Shown here: positions 1 to 10,128 of the stretch, piece after piece | Position numbering within the stretch: position 1 is the first letter of the stretch | How the letters are laid out: every line of letters starts with the position of its first letter | Source: a bacterium | GTDB taxonomy: Bacteria > Zhuqueibacterota > Zhuqueibacteria > Residuimicrobiales > Krinioviventaceae | DNA length: 64,000 nucleotides | NCBI GenBank assembly: GCA_963674595.2 | Contig: CAXXFV010000003.1 | Coordinates: 326,634 to 390,633 of the forward strand | Direction: 5' to 3' | Translations under genes and position numbers: made by a program | Notes under the pieces: model-generated | Seen by the model: the letters and a program-made list of their open reading frames with translations, nothing else | What the model was told of the DNA's origin: nothing | Database searches by the model: none

Positions 1-2
1 CG

Positions 3-278
3 GAACGAAGTGTGGGTAAAGGTATCGGACACTTTTTCGGAGCCATGCAAATTGAGGGATTTGTTGATGTGGATGAATTTAAGAAACAAATTGATGATTA
101 TATACGTACATTACGGACAACAAAACCTGCTCCCGGCACTAACGGACCACTCATCCCCGGTGATCCGGAAAGAGAAGCAGAAGAAATCCGTTCAAAAGAA
201 GGTATTCCGCTTATCAGGCCGGTTATTGAAGAATTATTGGATATTTCACAAAAAACCGGTATTGCATTTGAAGGTTAA
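3..278 (+). CDS. Ldh_2 family (malate/L-lactate/ureidoglycolate dehydrogenase) oxidoreductase, C-terminal part, truncated by window start
   Basis: GHFFGAM..F.D..EFK...D...R.LR..KPAPG...LIPGDPE...E..R..EGIP is the typical Ldh_2 C-terminus. The frame is open from the window start. Confidence 0.8.
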   Translation, partial: ERSVGKGIGHFFGAMQIEGFVDVDEFKKQIDDYIRTLRTTKPAPGTNGPLIPGDPEREAEEIRSKEGIPLIRPVIEELLDISQKTGIAFEG

Positions 279-283
279 TTTAT

Positions 284-312
284 AAAACGGGATTTTCAAA
301 TCCCGTTTTTTT
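284..312 (+). terminator. Rho-independent terminator
   Basis: AAAACGGGA-ttttcaaa-TCCCGTTTT followed by further T residues, directly after the stop at 278. Confidence 0.8.
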
Positions 313-363
313 AAACAATTCACTCGAAAATTGATTTGTTTAATTTTTAAACGGAGTCATATC

Positions 364-1449
364 ATGGACAAAACAACCTCAGATACCATCATTAGAAACA
401 GCCGGTTTATAATGGCGTTATTGGCAATTATTTGTGTTATTGCCATCGGGGCTGTACTGTCACAAGTTCGCTCTGTTATACTCCCTTTGGCATTGGCAGT
501 ATTCCTAAGTTTTCTCATTAATCCGCTTATTACTATCTTTGAAAAACTAAAAATTCCATCCTGGCTTGCAACGATATTGGCTGTTGTTTCCACCCTGTTG
601 ATATTGTTCATTTTGGTCGTATTTATTACCAACAGCATCCAGTCATTTACCGATGAATTCCCAAAATATCAGGAACGAGTCAACAAACGTGGTGAATCAC
701 TGTTAAAACTGTTAAACGTACGACCTGATTATTTTACAATGACAGAAGAATGGAAAGATAATCCTCAAATTTCTGCACTGCTGGACAGATTTTCTGTTAC
801 CGGTATTATCATGACAATCCTCGGTTCCTTTAGTACATTGCTGTCAAACATTGTTATGGTCCTTTTATTTCTGCTCTTTATTTTGCTGGGCAGAAATCAA
901 CTTGCCCCCAAATTGCTGAATGCTTTTAATTCAGAAACCTCAACCAAAATGTCTGAAATAATAGTCAATATAAAACATCAAATTCAAAAGTACATCCTGA
1001 CCAAAACATTGATCAGCCTGTTGACTGCGGGAGTGGCAATGATCATATTGTCTTTATTCGGCATTCCCTTTGTCCTGATCTGGGGTTTCCTGACATTTTT
1101 ATTAAATTTTATTCCTAATATAGGTTCCATAATAGCGACATTATTACCGTTGACCATTGCCATTATCCAGTTTGACAATTTAATAATGCTGTTATGGCTG
1201 GGACTGAGTTTGGCTGCGGTTCAGGTTGTTGTGGGCAATTTTCTGGATCCGAAACTTGTCGGAAAAAGTGTTAATCTAAGCCCGGTTGTGGTTTTGTTTT
1301 CATTGATTTTTTGGGGATATTTATGGGGTATCATCGGTATGTTTTTATCTGTCCCTATTTCAGTAATTATAAAAATTATTTTTGAAAACATACCCGAACT
1401 GCGTTTTATCAGTGTATTAATGAGCGGGTATGTTGAAGAGAGCCGATGA
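364..1449 (+). CDS. AI-2E (PerM) family transporter
   Basis: Multi-TM protein with LNFIPNIGSII, GNFLDPKLVGKSVNLSP and WGYLWGIIGMFLSVP motifs. GGAG precedes the ATG at 364. Confidence 0.9.
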   Translation: MDKTTSDTIIRNSRFIMALLAIICVIAIGAVLSQVRSVILPLALAVFLSFLINPLITIFEKLKIPSWLATILAVVSTLLILFILVVFITNSIQSFTDEFPKYQERVNKRGESLLKLLNVRPDYFTMTEEWKDNPQISALLDRFSVTGIIMTILGSFSTLLSNIVMVLLFLLFILLGRNQLAPKLLNAFNSETSTKMSEIIVNIKHQIQKYILTKTLISLLTAGVAMIILSLFGIPFVLIWGFLTFLLNFIPNIGSIIATLLPLTIAIIQFDNLIMLLWLGLSLAAVQVVVGNFLDPKLVGKSVNLSPVVVLFSLIFWGYLWGIIGMFLSVPISVIIKIIFENIPELRFISVLMSGYVEESR

Positions 1450-2513
1450 AAAAAATATTCAATAGTTTAAAAAAAGCTGTAAAAAACAGCGGCATACCTG
1501 ATTTTATTAAAAAATATAAACAGGATTTAAAGGACATTTACCAATTTTATCTGGACAAACAAGCCAGAGAAAAACTGGCGTCCATGAATCCTTTTAAAAG
1601 ATTTTTTCTGATTGTATGGTGGCTATTAAAAAGCCTGTTTTTAAAACTGTCTCCAATACGCCGGATTATTTTTATCCTGGCCGTATTTTTTCACCAGTCA
1701 ACTCAAAACAACCAATCCAATTCATCACTCGGATTTTTATTAATTTTATCCATATTAATGCTGGAATTAAAAGACAAGCTGTTAGCCAAAGATGAACTGA
1801 AAGCGGGGCGCGCTGTTCAAAAGAGTCTTATGCCGGAACCTTCACCGCAATTTCATGATTGGGACATTTGGCTGTTCACACGTCCGGCCAATGATGTGGG
1901 CGGTGATCTTGTCGATTATATTCGCATAAATGAAAATAAAATGGGGCTCACTTTGGCGGATGTTTCCGGGAAAGGATTGCCGGCGGCGCTTTTTATGTCC
2001 AAAATACAATCTACGTTGCGGGCCCTTATCCCGCATTGCACATCTTTACCGGATTTGGCACAGCAAATGAACAAAATATTTTGCCGAGATTGTGTGCCGC
2101 AATATTTTGCCACACTCGTTTACCTGGAAATAGACAGGTCACCTCAAATCCGTTATTTTAACGCCGGGCACCTGCCCCCTCTTATTTTAAAAGACAGGAA
2201 AACAGAACAAGTAAAAGAACGTGACCCGGCACTAGGGTTGGCCGAACATATTGAATACCATGAACACAGCTTTGATCTTTTACCGGGCGAAACGCTGTTT
2301 ATTTATTCAGACGGCATCACCGATGCTATGGATGTATCAAAAAACTTTTTTACCGAAGAACGCTTTAAAGAAATGCTGCCGAATTTGGAAGACAAACCGT
2401 CAAAAGAAATGGGCAAAGAGATCATCCGCCAAATCGACAACTTTAGCAAAAACCAACCTCAAACCGATGATATGTCGCTAATGATCATTAAACGTCCTGC
2501 CATAAAAAAATAA
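1446..2513 (+). CDS. PP2C/SpoIIE (RsbU-like) Ser/Thr phosphatase with N-terminal membrane segments
   Basis: VGGDLVD, ADVSGKG, NAGHLPP, YSDGITDA and DDMS motifs. ATGA overlap with the upstream gene. Confidence 0.9.
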   Translation: MKKIFNSLKKAVKNSGIPDFIKKYKQDLKDIYQFYLDKQAREKLASMNPFKRFFLIVWWLLKSLFLKLSPIRRIIFILAVFFHQSTQNNQSNSSLGFLLILSILMLELKDKLLAKDELKAGRAVQKSLMPEPSPQFHDWDIWLFTRPANDVGGDLVDYIRINENKMGLTLADVSGKGLPAALFMSKIQSTLRALIPHCTSLPDLAQQMNKIFCRDCVPQYFATLVYLEIDRSPQIRYFNAGHLPPLILKDRKTEQVKERDPALGLAEHIEYHEHSFDLLPGETLFIYSDGITDAMDVSKNFFTEERFKEMLPNLEDKPSKEMGKEIIRQIDNFSKNQPQTDDMSLMIIKRPAIKK

Positions 2514-2522
2514 TCAAAAACA

Positions 2523-4574
2523 TCAGCTAAATTCCAGCCGAAAACCGATATTAAACACCCTGCCGCCCATATAGTTAAACACACGTCGATTAAATGAAAA
2601 ACCATACCCCAAAACATTTACATGATTAAACAAGTTCAGTATCTCTTCACGCATGGAAAGATGAATACGATTTGCAAGTTTAAAATTTTGAGAAAAACCA
2701 ATATCAAAACGGCCATAAGCACTTGTTCTGAATTTGTTTCTTTCTCCTTTGCTTAATTCATATTGATTGGCAGTTTCATTAAATTTATAGGACTGCCAGG
2801 TATATGGAAAGCCGCTGCCGAACACATATCTTACAAATATTTTAGAATTATTAAATTTTTCCATTTTATCTTCCATATAAACCGAAAAAGTATGGCTTCT
2901 GTCAGAGGGACGCGGCACATAAACTTCTGTCCCGTTAATTTGTTCACGGGCCTTCAGGTAACTGTAACTTATCCAGTTTTCCGTTCCTTTGGTAAAACTT
3001 CCATAAATTCGCAAATCTAATCCATAGGCATAGCCTTTTGCATCATTCATCCCGGAGTAATACAGACGTACATCTTTAACATCATAGGAAACAAGGTTGG
3101 ACAACTTTTTAAAATAAGACTCTGCTTTAAAAAACAAATTCTCCCTGAGTTTCAGATTGCTGCCGACGGCATACTGGGTTGCCTGTTGAGCATCAAGCTG
3201 ACCGCTTGAAGAGAACTGTATCTCTTTAAACAATGCCGGTTGTGCATATTTCCCGGATGCCAGATATAGCTCCAAATCCGGTTTTGGGTACCAAACAAAT
3301 TGTATACGCGGCAAATAAAGATGTTCGGCATTACCATTGCAATAGGTATATCGAAGACCGGCAGTGATCTTCAATTTTTCATCCATCTTGAAGTGGCCGG
3401 AAAGATAATATCCTGTTAACCAGTTTTTAATATCCTGAAAATTGCTATTGTTTGAATAAAGATTATAATAAACGTCTCCGGAAGCGGTAAAGGCGTTTTC
3501 ACGTTCATTAACATGAGATGTGATTGTATATTTTTTCACGTCCATACCGGCATGAAAACTCAAATACTTTTTTATCTTCCAGTTGAGTTGTAATTTGGAA
3601 AAATAATAACGTGTGTCAATATCATTATTCACATCAGTCTGCCGCAAATAAAGCTCATCATATTCGTATGGTGAAGGTTCTTTCATAAAGTCTGATGAAT
3701 AATATAAATCTTCTGAAATATGTGTGTTTTCCTGTTCTTTCTGTTCATAAACGGAAATAACGGATTCGAATTCCAGACCGGAAAGAACACGATAACGTGT
3801 ATTTAAACCGCTGACAAATGTATGATATGAAAACTTTTCATCCCCTGAAAAAACAGACTTGTAAAAACCCTCATTAACACGCCAGTATTTCCAGTCACCA
3901 GGTTCTGCCTGGTAATCACTTTTTGCATATACCGTCAGCAGCATAAATTTTAACCGGTCATTTGGAAAATAATGAAACACACTTTGAATGTCCCAAAACC
4001 GTGGTGAATAGTGTCCGCTTCTGTTTTCAATATTTTTATGAAATAGCGAATAATCCACACTGCGACCGGCAGCAACAAATGATGTTTTTTCTCCGGGTTT
4101 TAACAGGAGTGAAGCATTATATCCTGTCAGACTCGCTTCAAAATGACTTTCAATGTTTTTAACAGGTTTGTCAAAATATTCGATATCCAAAACAGATGAT
4201 AAACGGTCGCCATACGACACAGGAAAGGCGCTGCTGTACAGGTTGATTTTTTTTACAAGGACCGGATTGATCAGGGAAGGATTTTCCATCATCCCTTTTC
4301 TAACAATATGGGGCTGGTAAATTTCTATACCATTTATATAGATCAAATTTTCATCATAACTACCGCCCCGGACCTGATAAAAACCGGTTTGATCATTCAG
4401 TGACGTAACGCCCGGCAGGGTTTTAAGCGTTTGCAAAACATCCGGGACAGGATTGGCAATGTTTTTTAATTCCCGGGCCTTTATTTCATTATTTAATATT
4501 TTTGGCTGAATGGCCTCGGCTGTTACTGAAATTTCTTTACCGGATAAAACAACAGAATTGAGAAAAAAATCCAT
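2523..4574 (-). CDS. TonB-dependent outer-membrane receptor, plug and barrel (3' part of a frameshifted gene starting at 4873)
   Basis: Plug motifs DVLQTLKTLPGV, VRGGSYDENLIYINGIEI and FPVSYGDRLSSVLDI. C-terminal NLFN...GRVFNIGFRLEF. Confidence 0.85.
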   Translation of the reverse strand: MDFFLNSVVLSGKEISVTAEAIQPKILNNEIKARELKNIANPVPDVLQTLKTLPGVTSLNDQTGFYQVRGGSYDENLIYINGIEIYQPHIVRKGMMENPSLINPVLVKKINLYSSAFPVSYGDRLSSVLDIEYFDKPVKNIESHFEASLTGYNASLLLKPGEKTSFVAAGRSVDYSLFHKNIENRSGHYSPRFWDIQSVFHYFPNDRLKFMLLTVYAKSDYQAEPGDWKYWRVNEGFYKSVFSGDEKFSYHTFVSGLNTRYRVLSGLEFESVISVYEQKEQENTHISEDLYYSSDFMKEPSPYEYDELYLRQTDVNNDIDTRYYFSKLQLNWKIKKYLSFHAGMDVKKYTITSHVNERENAFTASGDVYYNLYSNNSNFQDIKNWLTGYYLSGHFKMDEKLKITAGLRYTYCNGNAEHLYLPRIQFVWYPKPDLELYLASGKYAQPALFKEIQFSSSGQLDAQQATQYAVGSNLKLRENLFFKAESYFKKLSNLVSYDVKDVRLYYSGMNDAKGYAYGLDLRIYGSFTKGTENWISYSYLKAREQINGTEVYVPRPSDRSHTFSVYMEDKMEKFNNSKIFVRYVFGSGFPYTWQSYKFNETANQYELSKGERNKFRTSAYGRFDIGFSQNFKLANRIHLSMREEILNLFNHVNVLGYGFSFNRRVFNYMGGRVFNIGFRLEFS

Positions 4575-4873
4575 CCGTTTTGACCCAATTTAATTTCAAT
4601 GCTCTCTTCCAGTTTTTCAAATCCGACATAAGAAATGACAATCGTCTTTTCCCCTGGATCAAGTTTAATTATATAATGTCCATTTTCATCTGTTGTTGTT
4701 CCCCGTGATGTTCCTTTTATCCAGATATTGGCGCCGATTAAAACCTCTTTGGTTTTGGCACAGCGCACCAAACCTTCAAGTGTGCTTTTCTCATTTTCTC
4801 GTGAAAACAATAAAGAAGAAAAAACAAACAACCCGATAAAAACAGAATAGAATAACAATGTTCGTTGATACAT
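4523..4873 (-). CDS. Signal peptide plus carboxypeptidase-regulatory-like (CarboxypepD_reg) domain; N-terminal part of the TonB receptor, separated by a -1 frameshift
   Basis: LEGLVR..KTKEVLIGANIWIKGTSRGTTTDENGHY.I.L.PG...IVISYVGFE is the usual N-terminal domain of such receptors. It joins the 2523..4574 frame by adding one base near 4563-4581. Confidence 0.85.
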   Translation of the reverse strand: MYQRTLLFYSVFIGLFVFSSLLFSRENEKSTLEGLVRCAKTKEVLIGANIWIKGTSRGTTTDENGHYIIKLDPGEKTIVISYVGFEKLEESIEIKLGQNGWIFFSILLFYPVKKFQ

Positions 4874-4965
4874 AAAAATAACCTTTCCGGAATTTCATTT
4901 CAAATTCGTATCAACTATCGCTATTCTTTTCTCCTTAAAAATTATTCCAATGATTAATCTACTTG

Positions 4966-4992
4966 TAAACGTTGTTGAAAGGAACAAGTTCC
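4966..4992 (-). promoter_or_regulatory. Possible ECF-sigma promoter upstream of the TonB receptor
   Basis: Minus strand GGAAC-N16-CGTTTA, matching the AAC/CGT architecture of ECF promoters. Confidence 0.3.
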
Positions 4993-5017
4993 CAATATTT
5001 GCTATGCCCCCATTTTT

Positions 5018-6217
5018 TTAGGCAATATCAGAACAAGTGCCTTTTCTGAGAACGATTAAAGGCGCTTCCGGCGGGCAGCCCAGACGGAACGGAAACCAGT
5101 GTCCCATGCCTGATGACGTGTATAAATAGGAATCGTTTTGATGATATAGTCCCCAAATATATTCGTTATCGCCAAACTTTTCAAACAAACTTTTATTATT
5201 AAAACCAACCTGACCGCCATGCGTATGACCAGCCAAGGTGAGTGGTATATTATGTTTAACGGCCGCATCAAATCCTTTTGGGCGATGACTCAGCAAAACA
5301 CGAAAGGCATCTTCAGGGGCATTATACATGGCTGTTTGCACGGTCCGTTCCAGAAAATGTGAAATATCCGAATGCATAGACACCGGATCACTGGCCCCAC
5401 CGATGTAAATTTTCGCTCCATTTTTTTCCACAGTTGCTCCTTTTTCCACCAATAACGGAAAAGGGCTGGTTTGAAAGGTTTTAAAAACCCTTTCAAGACC
5501 GCGATAAAACTCGTGATTTCCCAAAGAAGCAAATCCGCCTAACGGTGTTTTTAACTGGTTGATAAGTTTTAACGTATCGTCCAATTGGTCCAGGTCATCA
5601 GCAATATCTCCCGTCACAACAAAAATATCCGGCTTTTGGGCGGACAACGAATCAAGGGTGTTTTCCAGATCGTTCAGCGTAAAATAATATCCAACGTGTA
5701 GATCGCTGAGATGAGCAATGGTAAATCCATCCAGCTCTTCCGGTAAATTCGGATAAAAGACATCAACCTTTGGAATTCGTACTTTTTCAAACGAACCGGC
5801 AATTCCGGCGCTGGTCGTCCCCAAAGTTACAAGCGGAACAGTTGTAAGTGATAATTTTAAAAATCTTCGGCGATCCGGATCAACATTTGTATATCGTGAC
5901 AAATAATTTTTAACATGTTTTACCGCAAAATTGAAAAAATTTACAACCAGCATGGAAAAAACAACCGATGCGGATATTAGAAACAAAATTGAACCTGCAG
6001 TAACACTTGCAACCTGAAGAAAAGATAATTCATTTAAAAACGCATAAACCCAAACGCCAATCGCAAAAGCACTTAAAATCGGTAATATATATCCAATTTT
6101 TCCGAGTCTCTTTATTTTCCATACCTTGCCGCCAAACTTTTTAGTCAAATAAACTGCCAAAAAGCTGCTGATAATCAAAACAATAAAACTCACCACAACA
6201 GAAAAATAATGTCGCAT
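5018..6217 (-). CDS. Membrane-anchored calcineurin-like metallophosphoesterase (YkuE-like)
   Basis: SDLH, TGD, GNHE, LSHRP and GHTHGGQ motifs. N-terminal TM helices and an internal RRRFLK. Confidence 0.9.
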   Translation of the reverse strand: MRHYFSVVVSFIVLIISSFLAVYLTKKFGGKVWKIKRLGKIGYILPILSAFAIGVWVYAFLNELSFLQVASVTAGSILFLISASVVFSMLVVNFFNFAVKHVKNYLSRYTNVDPDRRRFLKLSLTTVPLVTLGTTSAGIAGSFEKVRIPKVDVFYPNLPEELDGFTIAHLSDLHVGYYFTLNDLENTLDSLSAQKPDIFVVTGDIADDLDQLDDTLKLINQLKTPLGGFASLGNHEFYRGLERVFKTFQTSPFPLLVEKGATVEKNGAKIYIGGASDPVSMHSDISHFLERTVQTAMYNAPEDAFRVLLSHRPKGFDAAVKHNIPLTLAGHTHGGQVGFNNKSLFEKFGDNEYIWGLYHQNDSYLYTSSGMGHWFPFRLGCPPEAPLIVLRKGTCSDIA

Positions 6218-6271
6218 TCCCTGTCATTCCTCAATGTTAAATCCAACAAAAAAACAAATGGCCATAGTGAA

Positions 6272-6658
6272 TCAGCTTTCCTTAACCTCATACTTGGAAG
6301 GACACTTTAAAAAGATTTTATTAGCCTGGAGAGTTCCGGAACTATCAATAGTTCCTTCGGCAACAACCTGCTGTGCATCAGCAAGTTGGTCCGGCATAAT
6401 CCCCTTGTAAAAAATATTCAGAGTATCCTGCTGTTCTGCCATACTAAAATGGAGTTCAACGGTATCGGCATCCCACTGAATGGATTCAGGCACAACATGC
6501 CCGCTAATACGTACACCCTGCCCAATCGGTAAATTTTCTTTCGAATAAAGTTCAGGTACAGTCATATAATACACAGCAGATTCTTTAACACCATCAAAAA
6601 TTAGATAAACCAAAGCCAAAACAATAATAATAACGCCAATAATAATTTTTGGTTTCAT
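6272..6658 (-). CDS. ccmE: Cytochrome c maturation heme chaperone CcmE (CxxxY variant)
   Basis: N-terminal anchor, YYMTVPEL, VRISGHV..ESI, YKGIMPD, VVAEG and C-terminal LKCPSKY. Confidence 0.85.
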   Translation of the reverse strand: MKPKIIIGVIIIVLALVYLIFDGVKESAVYYMTVPELYSKENLPIGQGVRISGHVVPESIQWDADTVELHFSMAEQQDTLNIFYKGIMPDQLADAQQVVAEGTIDSSGTLQANKIFLKCPSKYEVKES

Positions 6659-6888
6659 TTAAACTCCATATCAGGAATAATTAATTAGAATAATCACAAA
6701 AACAGTAAAAATATTCCCGTTTTAGTAAATTATTAGCTAACAAGTTAAAAAATCCTGATATGCATGTCAAGCAAACATTTCGTATAACACGACAACTGTC
6801 TTGTCTAACGGCAGTTGGTAAATAATTGAATTTTCTGTTGCATGGAGTATTGAATTTTTGTATTCTTGTATAATTTACAGGAGTATAT

Positions 6889-7161
6889 ATGAAATCATTA
6901 CTTTTTAAATTTTCACTGCTGGCGTTTTTTGTTTTTGCCGTAACGGTTTTGGCAGGCAAACATTTGAATCCGGTTTATGAATTATTCGGCAATGTTAATG
7001 AAATACGTTCCATCGTTACCTCCGGTTCACTGGTAGCCGGCATTGCTGCAATAGGACTCATCATTGTCCGAACCATACTCGGAATTATAGCTATTATCAT
7101 TTTAGCGCTGGCTATTTATTTTGTCCTAAAATTTGGCTTGTTACAACACTTTTTCAAGTAA
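6889..7161 (+). CDS. Small hydrophobic membrane protein, unknown function
   Basis: AGGAG before the ATG, 2-3 hydrophobic segments, fills the gap ahead of the operon. Confidence 0.6.
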   Translation: MKSLLFKFSLLAFFVFAVTVLAGKHLNPVYELFGNVNEIRSIVTSGSLVAGIAAIGLIIVRTILGIIAIIILALAIYFVLKFGLLQHFFK

Positions 7162-7196
7162 ATAAACAATATATTTTCCATAAAGGAGAAACACCT

Positions 7197-8207
7197 ATGG
7201 TCCGCTTTGCTGTGGTCGGATTCGGAATGATTGGTGCTGTTCATGCACAAACCATAAAAAAAAATAAAAATGCAAAACTCGTCGCAATTGTGGAAAACGA
7301 TCCCAAAAAACTGGATTCCGTTGTTAAAGGAAATATCGACACAGGTCAGGATGACAATGTTCTTGCCGGTGTACAGACATTTGGTTCCATTGACGAGATG
7401 TTAGCCCAAACCGACGTGGACTGCGTCAGTGTTTGTTTGCCGACATATATTCATCGTGAATTTGCTGTAAAAGCGCTTCAAGCGGGCAAACGTGTTGTGT
7501 GTGAAAAACCAATGGCTCTGAGCATCGAGGATTGTGACGCGATGATTAAAGCAGCAAAAGAAACCAATAAAAAACTGTTCATTGCACAGTGCATTCGATT
7601 TTGGCCCGAATATACAATTTTAAAAAAATACATTGATTCTAAAGAACTGGGGAATCCAACATCCATTGTGCTGCGGCGAATAAGCGGATCACCATTTTGG
7701 GCCGGACCTCAGAGTTGGTTTGCCAACCCGCAAAAAAGCGGCGGTTGTTTGTTTGATTTGCATGTGCACGATCTTGATTTTATACAATACCTGTTCGGTC
7801 GCCCAAAAGCTGTTTATGCCCAGGGCATTACAGGAAAAAGCGGCGGTAATGAGTCTGTTATCGCACAGTATCACTTTAAAGACAACCTGATTTGTATGGC
7901 TGAAGGAAGCTGGGCCTATCCGGCCGGATTTAAAATGTCCTATACCGCGCTCTTTGAAAAAGGCAAACTGGAATTTGACAGTTCAGCCTCACCAACCCTG
8001 ACATTACAACACATGGGAAAAGAAGAAACACAGCCGATTCCGGTACCGCAAGGTGACGGTTATCAGAATGAATATGAATATTTTATAAACTGTATTATAA
8101 ATGATCAAACACCGGTTGAAATTTTACCGGAAAGCGCCAGACAAAGTATTGAAATAGCCCTGGCGGAAAAACAATCCATAGAACAAAACGACCTGATACA
8201 ATTTTGA
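7197..8207 (+). CDS. Gfo/Idh/MocA family oxidoreductase
   Basis: VVGFGMIG, CEKPMA and GGCLFDLHVHDLD motifs. AAGGAG RBS. Confidence 0.92.
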   Translation: MVRFAVVGFGMIGAVHAQTIKKNKNAKLVAIVENDPKKLDSVVKGNIDTGQDDNVLAGVQTFGSIDEMLAQTDVDCVSVCLPTYIHREFAVKALQAGKRVVCEKPMALSIEDCDAMIKAAKETNKKLFIAQCIRFWPEYTILKKYIDSKELGNPTSIVLRRISGSPFWAGPQSWFANPQKSGGCLFDLHVHDLDFIQYLFGRPKAVYAQGITGKSGGNESVIAQYHFKDNLICMAEGSWAYPAGFKMSYTALFEKGKLEFDSSASPTLTLQHMGKEETQPIPVPQGDGYQNEYEYFINCIINDQTPVEILPESARQSIEIALAEKQSIEQNDLIQF

Positions 8208-8228
8208 TTTATAAATAAAACCGTTTAC

Positions 8229-8891
8229 ATGCAAACTGGCTATCAAATTATTCCACAGGTTTCCGTCATACTGCCGGTATTTAACCGGAAGCATTTAATC
8301 ATGCGGGCCATACAATCCGTAGAGGCACAAACTTTTACGGATTGGGAATTGTTGATTATTGATGACGGCAGCACCGACGGCCTGGAAGAAATGATCATCA
8401 ACAAAATCCATGAAAAAAAAAGATGGCGATATATGAAGCATGCACAACGGCGTTTAGCGGCAACACGCAACATCGGCATTCATGCGGCCCTGGGTGAATT
8501 TATAACATTTCTGGATTCAGATGATGAATATAAACCAAACCACCTGGCCCTTCGTATGGAATATTTTAAAACACATCCGCAGGTTGATATTATACATGGC
8601 GGTGTCGAATTGGTTGGGCCGGAAGAGACCCACTATGTTCAGGACGTTGATAATCCGGCCAAAAAGATCCATATTTCAGAATGTTGTGTCGGGGCCACTT
8701 TTTTGGGAAAAAAACAGGCTTTTATTAAAAGCGGCGGATTTAAAATTCTCCCCTATTCAGCCGAATCGGAATTATTGCCCAGACTGGAAAAACAGTTTCA
8801 TGTTGAAAAAGTTGATTTTCCGACCTATCGTTATTATACCGGTCTGGAAGACAGTATTTGTTCACAAATAAAACAGAAAAATACAATATGA
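8229..8891 (+). CDS. Glycosyltransferase family 2
   Basis: VSVILPVFNR, IIDDGSTDG, RNIG and FLDSDD motifs. Confidence 0.9.
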   Translation: MQTGYQIIPQVSVILPVFNRKHLIMRAIQSVEAQTFTDWELLIIDDGSTDGLEEMIINKIHEKKRWRYMKHAQRRLAATRNIGIHAALGEFITFLDSDDEYKPNHLALRMEYFKTHPQVDIIHGGVELVGPEETHYVQDVDNPAKKIHISECCVGATFLGKKQAFIKSGGFKILPYSAESELLPRLEKQFHVEKVDFPTYRYYTGLEDSICSQIKQKNTI

Positions 8892-10063
8892 AAGATACAT
8901 TTTCTCAAAACATTTACCGTCCTTCCTGGATAGAAATAGATCTGGATGCCATCGCTCATAATACAAAAGCAGTCAAGAATTATTTAAAGGACAAAAAGTT
9001 ACTAGCTGTTGTTAAAGCGAATGCCTACGGTCATGGTGTCTATCCGACTGCTTCCGTCATATATGAAAACGGCGCCGATTATCTTGGCGTGGTTATGCTG
9101 GATGAAGCGATTGAATGCCGGCAGTCCGGCATTGAAGCGCCGATTTTGAATTTGGGCGGTATTCTCCCGGAACAGGCTGAAATAGTTGTGCACTATAATC
9201 TGCAACAGATGGTTTATGAATTCGAAACAGCAAAAGCACTTTCAGAGGCGGCAGGATCACTACAAAAAACCGTGACAATTCATTTTAAGGTTGATACCGG
9301 AATGAGCCGCTACGGTGTCCGTTATGATCAGGCCGTTGAACGGCTGGTGCAAATATCATCCCTGCCGAATCTAGAAGTTAAAGGCATCATGACGCATTTC
9401 CCCATGTCCGACGCACTGGATAAAAGTTTTGCGCTTTTACAAATTGATAGAATGAACCACATCAAAAAATTGCTGGACCAAAAAGGGATTAAAATTCCAC
9501 TTTGGCATGCCTGCAACAGCGGCGGTATCCTTGACCTTCCTGATGCACACTATAACCTGGTGCGGTCCGGACTTTTGCTATACGGTTATTTTCCTTCATC
9601 TCATGTCAACCGTCCTTTTGAACTCAAACCGGCCATGAGTTTAAAATCCAAAATTATTGCTGTCAGAGATATTTACCGAGGAGATACAGTCGGCTACGGA
9701 CGAAGGTTTATGGCAGAGAAAAATGAACGTATTGCGGTGTTGCCGATTGGTTATGCCGACGGCTACAGCCGGAAACTCGGCGGCATCGGTAATGTGCTTA
9801 TTAACGGCAAGAGCGTGTCAATTGTCGGCGGTCTTTGTATGGATGCGGCATTTATCAAAATCACGGATTTCCCGGACATAAAAGTTGGCGACACGGCCAT
9901 TTTAATGGGTAAAGACGGCGAGCAATGCATATCTCCGCACGATATTGCCGAAAAAATGGGCTCAGTTTCCTATGATGTTATTTCAAATTTCAGCAAAAGA
10001 CTGCCGCTCGTTTATTTACAGAACAATAAAATTATTCATATTCGAAATAATCTTGTTTCATAA
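8888..10063 (+). CDS. alr: Alanine racemase
   Basis: AVVKANAYGHG (PLP lysine), HFKVDTGMSRYG, VGYG, IGYADGY and CMD motifs. ATG 8888 overlaps the upstream TGA. Confidence 0.95.
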   Translation: MKDTFSQNIYRPSWIEIDLDAIAHNTKAVKNYLKDKKLLAVVKANAYGHGVYPTASVIYENGADYLGVVMLDEAIECRQSGIEAPILNLGGILPEQAEIVVHYNLQQMVYEFETAKALSEAAGSLQKTVTIHFKVDTGMSRYGVRYDQAVERLVQISSLPNLEVKGIMTHFPMSDALDKSFALLQIDRMNHIKKLLDQKGIKIPLWHACNSGGILDLPDAHYNLVRSGLLLYGYFPSSHVNRPFELKPAMSLKSKIIAVRDIYRGDTVGYGRRFMAEKNERIAVLPIGYADGYSRKLGGIGNVLINGKSVSIVGGLCMDAAFIKITDFPDIKVGDTAILMGKDGEQCISPHDIAEKMGSVSYDVISNFSKRLPLVYLQNNKIIHIRNNLVS

Positions 10064-10128
10064 AAAACCGAAACATTTTCCCCAAAGCTTGGTATTATTA
10101 GGAGAGCTTGAGAAAATCCGGAGGAAAA

